From: a virus
Lineage: Duplodnaviria > Caudoviricetes
DNA: 43,523 nt
Direction: 5' to 3' (one strand)
IMG/VR virus record: IMGVR_UViG_3300027874_000004
Coordinates: 1-43,523 of that record
Shown here piece by piece: positions 23,780 through 33,067 of this stretch. Numbering within the stretch: position 1 is the first letter of the stretch; each line of letters opens with the position of its first letter. Position numbers and translations under genes: made by a program. The notes under the pieces were generated by a model. That model searched no databases. It saw only the letters and a list, made by a program, of their open reading frames with translations, and was not told where the DNA came from.

Positions 23780-24886
23780 TTAGGGAAGAAGTTCGGCAAT
23801 GAGCGAACCGGCATCGCGCGCACTGTTCGTGCGACCCAACCGATTGACCGCTGCCTTGATCCTGGCCTGCGGGCCGGCCTGGTCGCCGTCCTGGCTGGTG
23901 CCAGGGCGACGAACCTGGGCCGGGGCGTTGTTCCGTTTGGCGTCTGCCGCCGCGGCGTTGGTGAGCTGCCGGTCGTACAGCATTGCCTTCGTCGCCAGCA
24001 CAACGAGCCGGTGATCGTAGGCCTTGCTGATTTCGTCCGGTGAAAACCCGCCCGTGTCGCGAAGGTAGGTGCTCAAATCCTTGCGGAGCTGGGCGCCTTT
24101 GGTCTCGTCGCCGAAATCGGGCATCTTCTCGTTGAGCGAGACATGCTCGCGGGCGACGTGATCGGCGAGCTGCTGCGCCTGCTGCTGTGCAACATGCGCC
24201 TGGAGCTGCGCCTGGCCCTGCTGGAACTCGGCCTCGATGGCGCCGAGCCGGGACCGCATCTGCTCACGTAATGCGTGCAGCCGGGTGTATTCGGCTGGCG
24301 ATTGCGCTTGCACCGCGACCCAGTCGACATTTGCAAGCTGGGCCGCCTCGGGGGCGGCCAGGTGCAACATCTTCTGCAGGCCGGTCAGGTACTCGGTTCG
24401 GAGGGCCACAGCGGCCTGGCGCTCGCCTTCAAAGGCTCTGCGGGTCTCGGCCGCCTCTTGGCTGGATCGGGTAAGCGCGGCCTCACGCTGGCTCTCTCGC
24501 CGGACAACGGTCTGCTGCAGGGCGGGTGGGAGCTGCTGAAACGCGGCTTTGTCGTCTGCTGACCACGATCGCGGCGGCTCGATGGCAGCGGCCTTGTCGG
24601 CCTGCTGTTCGGTCTTGTCGCGATCGTCTTCCCTGATGGGCGGCTTTTCGTCCGCTTCAGGCTCCGATGGCGAGCCATCGGTATCCTTGTCGGGCGCCGG
24701 GGGAGGCGCCTTGTCGTCACCGTCGTTGAACAGCAGCCCGGCAATGGCATCGCCGGCCGACCGCGTATCGGTAACGGTGTAGCTTTTGTCGCCGCCAGCG
24801 GGCGCGCTGGTATCGTGCCCATTCGGCTGCGGCGGGGGCGGGGTCGGCGCAGCCGGCTCGGCTGCCGCGACGTGTGTCTCGGACAT
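23780..24886 (-). CDS. Scaffolding protein
   Basis: Acidic Pro-rich N-terminus, PPRSW, DW....QSPAEY, DHRLV..A.KAMLYD; directly upstream of capsid. Confidence 0.8.
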   Translation of the reverse strand: MSETHVAAAEPAAPTPPPPQPNGHDTSAPAGGDKSYTVTDTRSAGDAIAGLLFNDGDDKAPPPAPDKDTDGSPSEPEADEKPPIREDDRDKTEQQADKAAAIEPPRSWSADDKAAFQQLPPALQQTVVRRESQREAALTRSSQEAAETRRAFEGERQAAVALRTEYLTGLQKMLHLAAPEAAQLANVDWVAVQAQSPAEYTRLHALREQMRSRLGAIEAEFQQGQAQLQAHVAQQQAQQLADHVAREHVSLNEKMPDFGDETKGAQLRKDLSTYLRDTGGFSPDEISKAYDHRLVVLATKAMLYDRQLTNAAAADAKRNNAPAQVRRPGTSQDGDQAGPQARIKAAVNRLGRTNSARDAGSLIAELLP

Positions 24887-24908
24887 TGTTTGAACTCACA
24901 ACTGTGTT

Positions 24909-24925
24909 AGTTGTTGGCACCTACA
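24909..24925 (-). promoter_or_regulatory. Degenerate operator-like box
   Basis: Reverse strand TGTAGGTGCCAACAACT (2 mismatches) in AT-rich divergent intergenic region. Confidence 0.45.
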
Positions 24926-24948
24926 TCCGGTCAGAGAGGGGGGCGCCG

Positions 24949-25269
24949 ATGGGCGATCCGCTACGAGATCCTTTGCGCGGTCTGTCGAGGCAGCAGCGGG
25001 GTGCCCTCGAGCTGCTCGCCTGCGCCTATTTCGACAAGTACAACCCGCATCAGCACCGCGGCTGGTTCGCCGAGGCCTCGCGGGAGGGCAAGGTCGTCAT
25101 CTGCGTGCGGCTCGATCTCGATCATCCGATCGAGCCGGGCAACAGCAGGACCAAGGCCGGCTGCATCGATTGCGACGCGCACCTGCAGCGGCGTGCCGAT
25201 GACCCGGATGGCGATACGCCCAAGATCTGTCTGGTCTGCGCCCACAAGCGGGCAATCAACGGCGGCTAA
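24949..25269 (+). CDS. Small Zn-finger-like protein, opposite strand in head module
   Basis: CIDC...CLVC; GAGAGGGG RBS; GC3-biased. Confidence 0.75.
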   Translation: MGDPLRDPLRGLSRQQRGALELLACAYFDKYNPHQHRGWFAEASREGKVVICVRLDLDHPIEPGNSRTKAGCIDCDAHLQRRADDPDGDTPKICLVCAHKRAINGG

Positions 25270-25280
25270 GGGCGCCCCGG

Positions 25281-25637
25281 CTACGCTGCCGCGTCCTCGG
25301 CCTGGCGCTCGGCCTGGCGCACCAGGGCGGCGCCGCGGTACGAGCGCAGCTTGCCGCGGAGCAGCTCGATCGCCTTGACCTGGCGGAACAGCTCCTCGCG
25401 CCGATCGGCCTCGGACGGTTTCGAGGCGAGCCACATTTCGATGGCGGTCTCTTGGATCTCGTCCAGGGCGGCCTTTAGGACCGGATCGTTCAGGAGCCGC
25501 TCAGCAGCCACGCCACGCGCGATAACGTCGAGGAGACTATCGGGCGCCGGATCGGCGTTCGGCTCGTCCTGGGGCTTCTGTGCGGCTTCTGGGCCAAAAA
25601 GATCAGCATCGGGCACAAACCAATGCCAGAACCTCAT
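25281..25637 (-). CDS. Hypothetical protein downstream of portal
   Basis: AERLLNDPVL..A ... RREELF; ATGA overlap with portal stop. Confidence 0.75.
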   Translation of the reverse strand: MRFWHWFVPDADLFGPEAAQKPQDEPNADPAPDSLLDVIARGVAAERLLNDPVLKAALDEIQETAIEMWLASKPSEADRREELFRQVKAIELLRGKLRSYRGAALVRQAERQAEDAAA

Positions 25638-28012
25638 ATCCCGGCGCCCTGGGCCGGTTGCTGCATCGCCTGCAGGTTCGCCTTGTGCATCGCGACCTGA
25701 TTGGCGTTGTCGGCCTTGAGCCGCTCGATCGCCAGGTCGTTCTGCGCGCGCATCTGCTCGATCTTGAAATCGTTGTCGGCCTTCATCGACTGGATCGCCA
25801 TGTCGTGCTGCAGCTTCTGGTAGTCGAGCTGCTGCTGGTGCTGCAGTTGCTGCTGGTTGAGCTGGGCGTCCTGCTGCGCCTTTTGGCCGGCGAGCTGCTG
25901 CTGGTGAGCGGCCTTCTGTTGGTTCAGTTGCTGATCGGCTTGCGACTTCGCCTGAATGGCCGCGATCTCGGCCTGGGCCTGGGCCTGCATCATCTGGGTC
26001 TGCGGGTCTGGCTTGGGCGGCTGCGGCGGGCCGGTGACACTGGGCGGCGGCGGGATCGTCGGATCGGTCACCGCGAAATTGCTTTTGAAGCCGGCATTCT
26101 CGCTGAGCTTCGCGACCGTGTCATAGACGTTCTTGGCATAGACCAGCGGCCCCTGCATCGAGCCGCCCTGGCCGGCAACGATCTGCGTTTGCACCTGCAA
26201 CAATTGCATCAGGTGCCCCATGATCTGGTCGCGGTTGCCGGTGCCGAGACCGACATTCACGGTCACCGTCATATCGTGCTTCCATTGCGCCGGGTCGGCC
26301 TGCAACGGGGCGCCGGATACGCGGATAATGCGCTCCTGCTGCTGGTGCTTCTTCACCAGGCCGAGGACGCCGCGCATCAGCTTCTGGACCGCGTGCGCGT
26401 AGATGCGCGCAATCAGCTCGACCCGCTGGGCCGCGGCCTGCTGGATCAGATTAACGCCGGTCGCGGTTTTGTTGAGATCGTCGGGATCCAAACCCTGGTT
26501 GTGCCGCGAGATACCCGTCCGCACCTCCGCGGTCTGATCCATGTATTCGACGAGGAGCTGGGCCTTTTCAGCCACAAATGGGGTGACTAACGCCTGCACT
26601 CCGTCAGGTGTACGAGTACGGACCAATCCGCCCGGCTTCGATGTCAGCAGATCGTCGTAGGTCTCGTCGGTCGCGGCGCTCTCGACAACGAGGTGCCGCG
26701 GATTGTTGGTCAAATAAATGTTGTCGAGCATCTGCCGGATCAGCGTCGACTTAATCCGCTGCAGATCCATCACCAGATCGGCGACGCTCAGCCCGACCAG
26801 CTTGTGCGGCTGCGGCACAGGGCAGAGAAAATCGAACGGGATCTCGTCGATCTCCTCGATGTCGGGTTTACCGTCTTTGGTCAGGATCACCGCCGATCGG
26901 TCAACGGTGACAACCTTGAGCAATTCAGCCAGGCCGTCACCGTCGTAATCGGCCCTGATGTAATTCTCCTCGACCCAGTACTGCCGCATCGGCGGGTCGG
27001 TGCGGTCGTTGGTGTAGGGCATGTCGTCGTCGGGCAGGAAGCGCTGCAACCGCTCCGGGTTGTAGTCCTGCGAATCGTTCCAGCTCACCTGATCGAGGCA
27101 GTCCTCGTCGTAGCCCTGCTGCAGCAGAGCCGTCCGCGTCACATTCGTTCTGTGGCACAGGAAAGGGATGTTCTCCCTTGTCGACCGGCGCGAGAACAGG
27201 ATCTCCTCGGGCGGCACGTTGCACAGCCGAATACGTCCCTGCTTGCGCGTCACCCGCAGCTTGCAGTCGTACAGCATCGGCCGGTGCTGTCCCGGCGTGT
27301 CGGGGATCGGCTGCGGCGCATCCTCGCCCATGCCCGATGGCGCCGGCGCCGGGTAGCTCTTCTCCTCTAAGATCTCGACATCGGCAGAGCTGTCGGGATC
27401 GTTCAGATCCTTCAGCTTGGCAGCGTATTCGTCGGCAGTGAGGCCGGTGAAGGTGTTGGTCTCGCGGGTCTGCTCTTCACTCCACCAGCGCTTGACCCAT
27501 CCCAACTTCTGTAAGAGGCCGTCCTTGAACCAATCATGCAACAGCAAAAAGCCGTCGTTATCGACGTTGAATATCCAATTGCAGAACAGCGTGGCTTGCC
27601 TTCCGGCCTCTTCCGGGTCCATCGGCGGCGGCGCGCCGGGCGGTGACGGTGGCGGTGACATCGTCGTGCGGATCGGCGCCATCTCGGCGATCGTGTCCGA
27701 TGCGGTGAAGATGCGCAACAGCGCCGGCAGCACCCACTCGACGGTCTCGAGCACGGTCAGCATCACCACTTTCGAGCGATTTTGCCCTGGCGGCGGATCG
27801 GCGAATTCACCGCCCTGGTAGGCCTTCATCAGCTCGAGCCGCTCATTGCTCAACTTGCCGTTTTCCGCGCCGATCGCCTGGTTCAGCTCGCGCCGAATAA
27901 TGTCCCTCAGCTCGTCGGTCTTCATCAATTTCGACGGGTCGCGCCGGTTGTAGCGCGGCGAGCTGATCGTCGTCTGGGCGTCGTGCGGAAACAGGGCAGT
28001 GTCGAGCGGCAT
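25634..28012 (-). CDS. Portal protein, P22-like, with Gln-rich C-terminal barrel
   Basis: SKVV...V.ETVEW.LP.L.RIF; WFKDGLLQK.G; NVPPEE; RQMLDN.YL.NNPR; TATG. Confidence 0.93.
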   Translation of the reverse strand: MPLDTALFPHDAQTTISSPRYNRRDPSKLMKTDELRDIIRRELNQAIGAENGKLSNERLELMKAYQGGEFADPPPGQNRSKVVMLTVLETVEWVLPALLRIFTASDTIAEMAPIRTTMSPPPSPPGAPPPMDPEEAGRQATLFCNWIFNVDNDGFLLLHDWFKDGLLQKLGWVKRWWSEEQTRETNTFTGLTADEYAAKLKDLNDPDSSADVEILEEKSYPAPAPSGMGEDAPQPIPDTPGQHRPMLYDCKLRVTRKQGRIRLCNVPPEEILFSRRSTRENIPFLCHRTNVTRTALLQQGYDEDCLDQVSWNDSQDYNPERLQRFLPDDDMPYTNDRTDPPMRQYWVEENYIRADYDGDGLAELLKVVTVDRSAVILTKDGKPDIEEIDEIPFDFLCPVPQPHKLVGLSVADLVMDLQRIKSTLIRQMLDNIYLTNNPRHLVVESAATDETYDDLLTSKPGGLVRTRTPDGVQALVTPFVAEKAQLLVEYMDQTAEVRTGISRHNQGLDPDDLNKTATGVNLIQQAAAQRVELIARIYAHAVQKLMRGVLGLVKKHQQQERIIRVSGAPLQADPAQWKHDMTVTVNVGLGTGNRDQIMGHLMQLLQVQTQIVAGQGGSMQGPLVYAKNVYDTVAKLSENAGFKSNFAVTDPTIPPPPSVTGPPQPPKPDPQTQMMQAQAQAEIAAIQAKSQADQQLNQQKAAHQQQLAGQKAQQDAQLNQQQLQHQQQLDYQKLQHDMAIQSMKADNDFKIEQMRAQNDLAIERLKADNANQVAMHKANLQAMQQPAQGAGI

Positions 28013-28197
28013 CAAGCGGCTTCTTCCGGCTCGGCAGGTGCCGACGACAGTCCCGGCTCGAAACCGCGACCGCGCAGCAGATTGATCTGGCTCTGAAGCG
28101 AGTTGAGGCGCTTATGCAGCGCCTCAATCCGGTCCTCGAGCTGCTCGATACGCTGCGACAACCCTTGCAGGTAGACAGCGTCACTAGCGCTAAGCAT
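28012..28197 (-). CDS. Small coiled-coil protein
   Basis: Heptad pattern; translationally coupled. Confidence 0.6.
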   Translation of the reverse strand: MLSASDAVYLQGLSQRIEQLEDRIEALHKRLNSLQSQINLLRGRGFEPGLSSAPAEPEEAA

Positions 28198-28370
28198 TAG
28201 CGGCGCCGCGGGTGCTCTTCCTCGGCATCGCGCCGACCGGGACCGTAGCTCTTCGGCATCTCGGCCGGCGTCGGCGTCGCCGCCTCGGCTGGCTCGCCGA
28301 GAGCCTCGCGCACCGCCAGCGGGTTGCCGCTGCTGCCGGCCAGTTCCATCATCCGCGCAAAGTCACTCAT
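28197..28370 (-). CDS. Hypothetical protein
   Basis: GGAGAGG RBS; TAATG coupling. Confidence 0.55.
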   Translation of the reverse strand: MSDFARMMELAGSSGNPLAVREALGEPAEAATPTPAEMPKSYGPGRRDAEEEHPRRR

Positions 28371-28497
28371 CGGCCTCTCCTCTGTTGCATTCACCAACGA
28401 ACGATCTTAGGGTTGCTGCCGCCGGGCGGGCTGTGGGTTGCACATTCCCCATTCTTTGGTTGGCCCTGTTCATCCACCAAAGAGGCCCGCTCGGCGC

Positions 28498-29835
28498 TCA
28501 CACAACGGCTAGATCCGGGTATTTCAGCGTCCTGGCGCTGCCGGCATTGCGCACGTTGGCGAGCGCGAAATACCTCAGCGCGTCGGCTGCGTGCGATGTC
28601 CAATCGTGCAGCGGCCGATCGCTGTAGGTGCGCAGCGCGTCGTTCCACGATCGGCGGTAGTTCTGCAGCGCGCTGATGCCGCGGGCGCACTTTTCCGCAT
28701 CGAACCAGCACCGCGGCAGGATCATGCGCACCGCGTTGATGCCGTCTTCCACCTTCTCTTTCGGGACGACCTGGGTGCGGTGAAATCCGAGGCTGCGTAG
28801 CACGTCGATGCGGGTCTTGCCGGTTCCCAGTTCGCGGTCCTGGGCATCGTGCGGCAATATGTGCTCGCCCCACTTCCAGGGCCGCCGGTCCAGCTCGCGC
28901 GTGTACCAGTCCAGGCCGACGCCGGAATTCTCGATGTAGTCGACGACGTGGATCTCCCGGCCGGCGAGCTGCATGCACCAGATGGCGGTAGCGTCGCCGA
29001 TGCCCAGATCCCAAGCGGTGTGCACGGGCAACTCGGGCTGATGCGGCACCGAGCAGATCCGGCGCTCCTTCTCGGCCGCTTCCATCAGCGAGCCGTAGTA
29101 GCTGCCCATCACGCCGGCATCGAAGCTGACGAGATATTCCTGCCGGTAGCGCGCCTCGCCGTCGTCGGGGCCATATTCGCGGATCAGCTCGCGGCGCTCG
29201 ACCTCGAGCTGCTCGGCGCTGAACACGTTTGTCATCGTCGCCGGCAGTTGCTCGGCGAACCATGTCCGATCGTTCCTGGCGGCCTCGTAGAAGGTCGCGG
29301 CGTGGTTGCGGCCCCTGGGGGTCGTAATGAACAGCGCCCAGCCGCCATTCTCGGCCAGGATCGGCCGCAGATAGCCCCATGCGCTCGGGTCGGCGAGGGC
29401 GAATTCGGAGAACACAACGCCGACCGGCGGCGAGCCGACCAGGCTGTTGTAATTGTCGCTGCCGACGAGCTGCCAATGGCTTCCGTTGATCAGCCGGATC
29501 GCCATGTCGGTCTCGCGCGTCGACTCACGCAGCTCGCGCGGAAAGGCCTCGTTGATGCGCCTCTGGCCGGTATGCGGGTTGACAGCGTCCCAAACGGCTT
29601 TGCGGCTCTGAGAGGCCTCTGGCAGCATGTGCCAGTAGACGCCGACGCGCAGATGCGCGGCCGACGCTGCCCAGTGCAAGCACACCTCATCCTTGCCGGC
29701 ACGCCGATGCCAGATCGCGATCGCGCGCTTGCCGCCGCGCTCGAGGTAATTCCACAAATTTTGCTGGTAGCCGCGCGGTTTCCAGCCGTTGAACGGGAGC
29801 TGGATCGTCGTCGGCCGGCGCTGATCCAGGGGCAT
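28498..29835 (-). CDS. terL: Terminase large subunit
   Basis: WHRRAGKD Walker A, VVFSE Walker B, ITTPRG, AWDLG..D, HDWTSHAADALRY. Confidence 0.95.
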   Translation of the reverse strand: MPLDQRRPTTIQLPFNGWKPRGYQQNLWNYLERGGKRAIAIWHRRAGKDEVCLHWAASAAHLRVGVYWHMLPEASQSRKAVWDAVNPHTGQRRINEAFPRELRESTRETDMAIRLINGSHWQLVGSDNYNSLVGSPPVGVVFSEFALADPSAWGYLRPILAENGGWALFITTPRGRNHAATFYEAARNDRTWFAEQLPATMTNVFSAEQLEVERRELIREYGPDDGEARYRQEYLVSFDAGVMGSYYGSLMEAAEKERRICSVPHQPELPVHTAWDLGIGDATAIWCMQLAGREIHVVDYIENSGVGLDWYTRELDRRPWKWGEHILPHDAQDRELGTGKTRIDVLRSLGFHRTQVVPKEKVEDGINAVRMILPRCWFDAEKCARGISALQNYRRSWNDALRTYSDRPLHDWTSHAADALRYFALANVRNAGSARTLKYPDLAVV

Positions 29836-29862
29836 ATTTACGGTTTGTTGCTGTTTGTGGGG

Positions 29863-29891
29863 TTGCGCCAGGCTGTAGGCAGGAGCAACAA
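29863..29891 (+). promoter_or_regulatory. Putative promoter TTGCGC-N17-CAACAA containing a perfect box
   Basis: TGTAGGCAGGAGCAACA at 29874-29890; same layout as 41984-42012. Confidence 0.7.
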
Positions 29892-30005
29892 TGCCCCCAG
29901 GGCGGAACTAGGGCGGAGGGTATGATCCCCTCAAACCCACCCGAAAAGCCGGCCTTCGCGCCGATCGCTGGCCTGTTCCGCCCGCCAACGAACGGGGGCA
30001 AACCT

Positions 30006-30230
30006 ATGTTAACCAGGCGCCGTTACCGCATTAACTTCTCGGTACAGTTCGATCACGACATCGAAGCGGATGGGCCGGAAACGGCCCGCTTTGTCGCCGA
30101 CGACATGGCTCGGAACGCCTGGCCGCCCTTGATCGGCGGCATGCTGGAGGGCGACAGCGAGATCCGCTGTGCCTGGAGCACGATCACGCCGCTCGGCGAG
30201 GTCGGTGATGATCCGCATGCAGGAGGCTGA
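30006..30230 (+). CDS. Hypothetical protein
   Basis: GGGGG RBS before ATG 30006. Confidence 0.6.
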   Translation: MLTRRRYRINFSVQFDHDIEADGPETARFVADDMARNAWPPLIGGMLEGDSEIRCAWSTITPLGEVGDDPHAGG

Positions 30231-30274
30231 TGGACTAGGGCTGCGGGAGAAACAGGAACAGCCGGGAGAAGGCA

Positions 30275-30559
30275 ATGGCGGCAACGATCCACAAGCTTAA
30301 GTACGCCGACCGCGACAAGGGCTACCGCTTCAGCGAGCGTGACCCTGATCTTGAGTTCATCTGCAACGCGATCAGCGCCAGCGAGGCCTCGGTCTGGCAG
30401 ATCTCGAAAGACATCGGCAAGGCGACCGGCGGCGCCTACGCGGTCGCGCCGACAACGATGTACAATTGGCTCGACGGCAAGGTGAAGCGGCCGCAGAACT
30501 ACACGATGACCTGGGTCGCCTTCGCGCTCGGCTACCAGCGGCAGTGGGTGAAGATCTAG
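30275..30559 (+). CDS. XRE-like HTH protein
   Basis: VAPTTMYNWLDGKVKRPQNYTM..VA.ALG. Confidence 0.75.
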   Translation: MAATIHKLKYADRDKGYRFSERDPDLEFICNAISASEASVWQISKDIGKATGGAYAVAPTTMYNWLDGKVKRPQNYTMTWVAFALGYQRQWVKI

Positions 30560-30714
30560 CGCTTGCGCGGTGCCTTCTGCCGGCCCTTCGCGGTCGGCTT
30601 GTTGCCGCGGGCCAGGCCGGCCTTGTTGAGCGTGCCCCAGACCGCGCCGGGATTGCCCGGATATTCCCGCTTCAGCTTCTGCTCGACCTGCTCGAGCTTC
30701 GAACCTTTCGGCAT
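30556..30714 (-). CDS. Small basic protein
   Basis: MPKGSKLEQVEQKLKREY..; GGGAG RBS. Confidence 0.6.
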   Translation of the reverse strand: MPKGSKLEQVEQKLKREYPGNPGAVWGTLNKAGLARGNKPTAKGRQKAPRKR

Positions 30715-30888
30715 AGGGCTTTGTACTCCCTGGCAAGCTCGCGGTAGCGTTTCAGCGTCAGGTCGGTCTTCAGCAGCGGCTGGTCGCGGGCAAACAGCGG
30801 GCGCGTCCAGGCCTTTTCGACCCATTCGTCGCCCCACTGGTTGCCGCCCCCAGCGCAGCTCGGCATTGCGCCGATCGTGCGCCTTCAT
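30672..30888 (-). pseudogene. Small ORF apparently frameshifted at a G5 run
   Basis: GC3-biased frame switches at 30847-30851. Confidence 0.35.
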
Positions 30889-30901
30889 GCGCAGGACGCA
30901 G

Positions 30902-31339
30902 TCAGCGCGAGGCGGGACCGACACGGCGCTGCCATTGGATGATGTCGATCGCGATGGCGCCGCAATCGAGGCACTTGACGCCGAGCGGGCCGTGGGCATC
31001 CGGCCGGCCGCCGCAGAACGGGCACGGCGTCAGCTTGATGATGCCGCCGTAGTCGCTGTAGGCGGCGAGATAGTCGGCCGCAGCTCGATCGGTTGAGCTC
31101 GGCTCGGTGATGTTGTTCGGCGGCAGCCAGTTGTGGTTCTCGGTCAGCGCATAGCCGCGGCCCTCGAGCCACTGCACCGCCTTGACCACGTCATCAAAGA
31201 CATAGCGGATCGCCTTGCGGCCACATTTCTCGCACTTGCCCCAAACATCGTCTTGGCACCAGAGCCGGCCTTCGCTGCCGCCATGCTGCTCGCATTCGTC
31301 GCACCAAGGCTGCAGCCAGATGACGCGCGGATGGTTCAC
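30902..31339 (-). CDS. Cys-rich protein with C-terminal Lar-like (restriction alleviation) Zn ribbon
   Basis: LTPCPFCGG..VKCLDCGA..WQRR; N-terminal CDEC/WCQD/CEKC. Confidence 0.7.
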   Translation of the reverse strand: MNHPRVIWLQPWCDECEQHGGSEGRLWCQDDVWGKCEKCGRKAIRYVFDDVVKAVQWLEGRGYALTENHNWLPPNNITEPSSTDRAAADYLAAYSDYGGIIKLTPCPFCGGRPDAHGPLGVKCLDCGAIAIDIIQWQRRVGPASR

Positions 31340-31881
31340 GCTTCGCCGCGCTCGCGTACCGCCTGCATGCTCTTGCGCGCGGCGGCTCGGCGCCGATCGC
31401 AGAACACGCACTGGCCCTGGGGGGCATAGAACCGGGCCGGCTTGCGCGGCGCGACCGCGTCGAGCACGTCGCGCGGCTCGCCGTCGTCGCCGTCTTCGGT
31501 ATGCCAGCGCCTAGGCCTCGCCGCTTCGCCCGGCTTTGTCGCCATCAGCTTCTGATCGGCGATCGGCGCGCGATCGGGCGTGTTGTCGTCGATGTCCTCA
31601 TCGCGTTCGATCGGATCGTCGGCATCATGGCCGCCCGGTCCCGGCGCAAATTCCTGCATGTCGTCTGCTATCACCGGCACCGGTTTTTTGAGTGCGGTCG
31701 ATGGCCTTGCCGGCGCCGCCACTGCCTTAGCAGCCGCAAAAGGGCGCGCCTGGTCAGGCGCCGCGAGCGCAGCCTCATGGCGCTGCCTGTTTCGTTCCTG
31801 CAGCCGCTGGGCTGGCGTGCCGCCCCGGCAGACGTGACCGTGCTCGCGGGCGCCGCAGATCCGGCATTTAGGGGCGATCAT
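31336..31881 (-). CDS. Hypothetical protein with CxxC motifs at both ends
   Basis: PKCRICG..H..C; CVFC. Confidence 0.6.
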   Translation of the reverse strand: MIAPKCRICGAREHGHVCRGGTPAQRLQERNRQRHEAALAAPDQARPFAAAKAVAAPARPSTALKKPVPVIADDMQEFAPGPGGHDADDPIERDEDIDDNTPDRAPIADQKLMATKPGEAARPRRWHTEDGDDGEPRDVLDAVAPRKPARFYAPQGQCVFCDRRRAAARKSMQAVRERGEA

Positions 31882-32045
31882 CGCTTGACGCCAAAGACGA
31901 TACCACACTCGCAGCCGATCGCGAGCGTGTCGAGTCCAGCGTAGCGGTAGATCCGCCAGATCCGGTGAAATTGCGGCGGCCAGCGCAGCGCCATCTGCCA
32001 CCAGTGCAGCGTCGCCCGCCAGCGCGCTCTCAACAACAGGCTCAT
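31878..32045 (-). CDS. Hypothetical protein
   Basis: ATGA overlaps; CECG. Confidence 0.5.
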   Translation of the reverse strand: MSLLLRARWRATLHWWQMALRWPPQFHRIWRIYRYAGLDTLAIGCECGIVFGVKR

Positions 32046-32236
32046 CCCGGCAGCCTCGTCCGCGCCCGCAGCCATTCGACGTGCTCGGCCTTGAAACCGG
32101 CGCCGCAGCGGGTGCATTCGATCACAGGATCGGCGGCCTCGCCCGATTTCGGCAGCCAGCGCCAGCGGCAGTTGAAAGAGCTGCAGGCGAGGCTGTCGCT
32201 GAGCTGCTGTGCCAGGTCGGGATCAACCGGCTTCAA
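32042..32236 (-). CDS. Small Zn-ribbon-like protein
   Basis: C....C ... CTRCG; TTGA overlap. Confidence 0.5.
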   Translation of the reverse strand: MKPVDPDLAQQLSDSLACSSFNCRWRWLPKSGEAADPVIECTRCGAGFKAEHVEWLRARTRLPG

Positions 32237-32499
32237 TGCAGCGGCTCCTCGTCGATGCGGTCGAGCACACGGCCAACGGCGGCCTCGCCGAATACCTCGC
32301 ACAGCAGATGGCAGACCGGGTCGAGATCCTCTGGCTTGTGGATGTGCTCGCCCCACAGCCGGCTGATCCCGGCCATGTCTTGCTCGATGCCGGCCAAGAC
32401 CAGCTCGGGCACCCAATCCGGGATGTCTCGGTTAATAAACATCGCCAGGGCGATGCGGCGGCGAACCTCGCGCTGCTTCTCGCTCGGTTCGTCGCTCAT
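32233..32499 (-). CDS. Hypothetical protein
   Basis: GAGGAG RBS. Confidence 0.65.
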   Translation of the reverse strand: MSDEPSEKQREVRRRIALAMFINRDIPDWVPELVLAGIEQDMAGISRLWGEHIHKPEDLDPVCHLLCEVFGEAAVGRVLDRIDEEPLH

Positions 32500-32560
32500 C
32501 TGCTCCTCACATTCGGGACAAGGTCGCGGGTATAGCGTCGACCATCCGTGCTCACAGGCA

Positions 32561-32746
32561 TCAGCCGCTGGTATGGCCGATATAGCCGCTCTCGTCGTAC
32601 AGCCAGATGCCGTCATCTTCCATCCGGCGCAGCACCGCGGCAGCGACCCTGCGCCCAAGCTCACTGCGCCAGCTCGCAATCAGCAGCAGCTCGCCCGCGA
32701 CCACGTCCTCGATGATCTGCCGCAGATGCTCATCGGCCTGGCGCAT
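32561..32746 (-). CDS. Hypothetical protein
   Basis: AGGAGAG RBS. Confidence 0.6.
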   Translation of the reverse strand: MRQADEHLRQIIEDVVAGELLLIASWRSELGRRVAAAVLRRMEDDGIWLYDESGYIGHTSG

Positions 32747-32782
32747 CAAGCTCTCCTGCGCGTCCTCTTCTATGCCGCCTCG

Positions 32783-32821
32783 AAAAAAGCGCCCGCACGC
32801 GCTGCAAAACGGGTCGGGCGC
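32783..32821 (-). terminator. Putative Rho-independent terminator
   Basis: GCGCCCG...CGGGCGC followed by TTTTTT on the minus strand. Confidence 0.6.
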
Positions 32822-32847
32822 CAGTTCCCTTCAGTTGCCAGTCGATG

Positions 32848-33067
32848 CGGCGGCAGCGCGGTGGACCTGGGGGACCGGCCACGCGTTCGGTCGGGGGTAC
32901 TCGACCTAGCCGCCGATGCCCATGATGATGCCACTCGCAACAGCGGTCAACGGAATGTTCGCGGCGGCAACGCTGGGGACGACCCAACGGCTGCCCGAGG
33001 GCTGAGCCGTCGCTGGCTGGCCGTGCCATGCGCTTTCGGTAAAGCGCGCTCTTCCTAGCCGCCGCGA
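32848..33067. ncRNA. Candidate structured RNA made of two related multi-stem units
   Basis: Units 32848-32915 and 32959-33067 are each closed by CGGCGGC...CCTAGCCGCCG and contain internal hairpins. Confidence 0.5.

Noticed and set aside
32848-33067. tRNA genes
   Set aside because: No GTTC T-loop, canonical anticodon arm or CCA end; kept only as a candidate structured RNA
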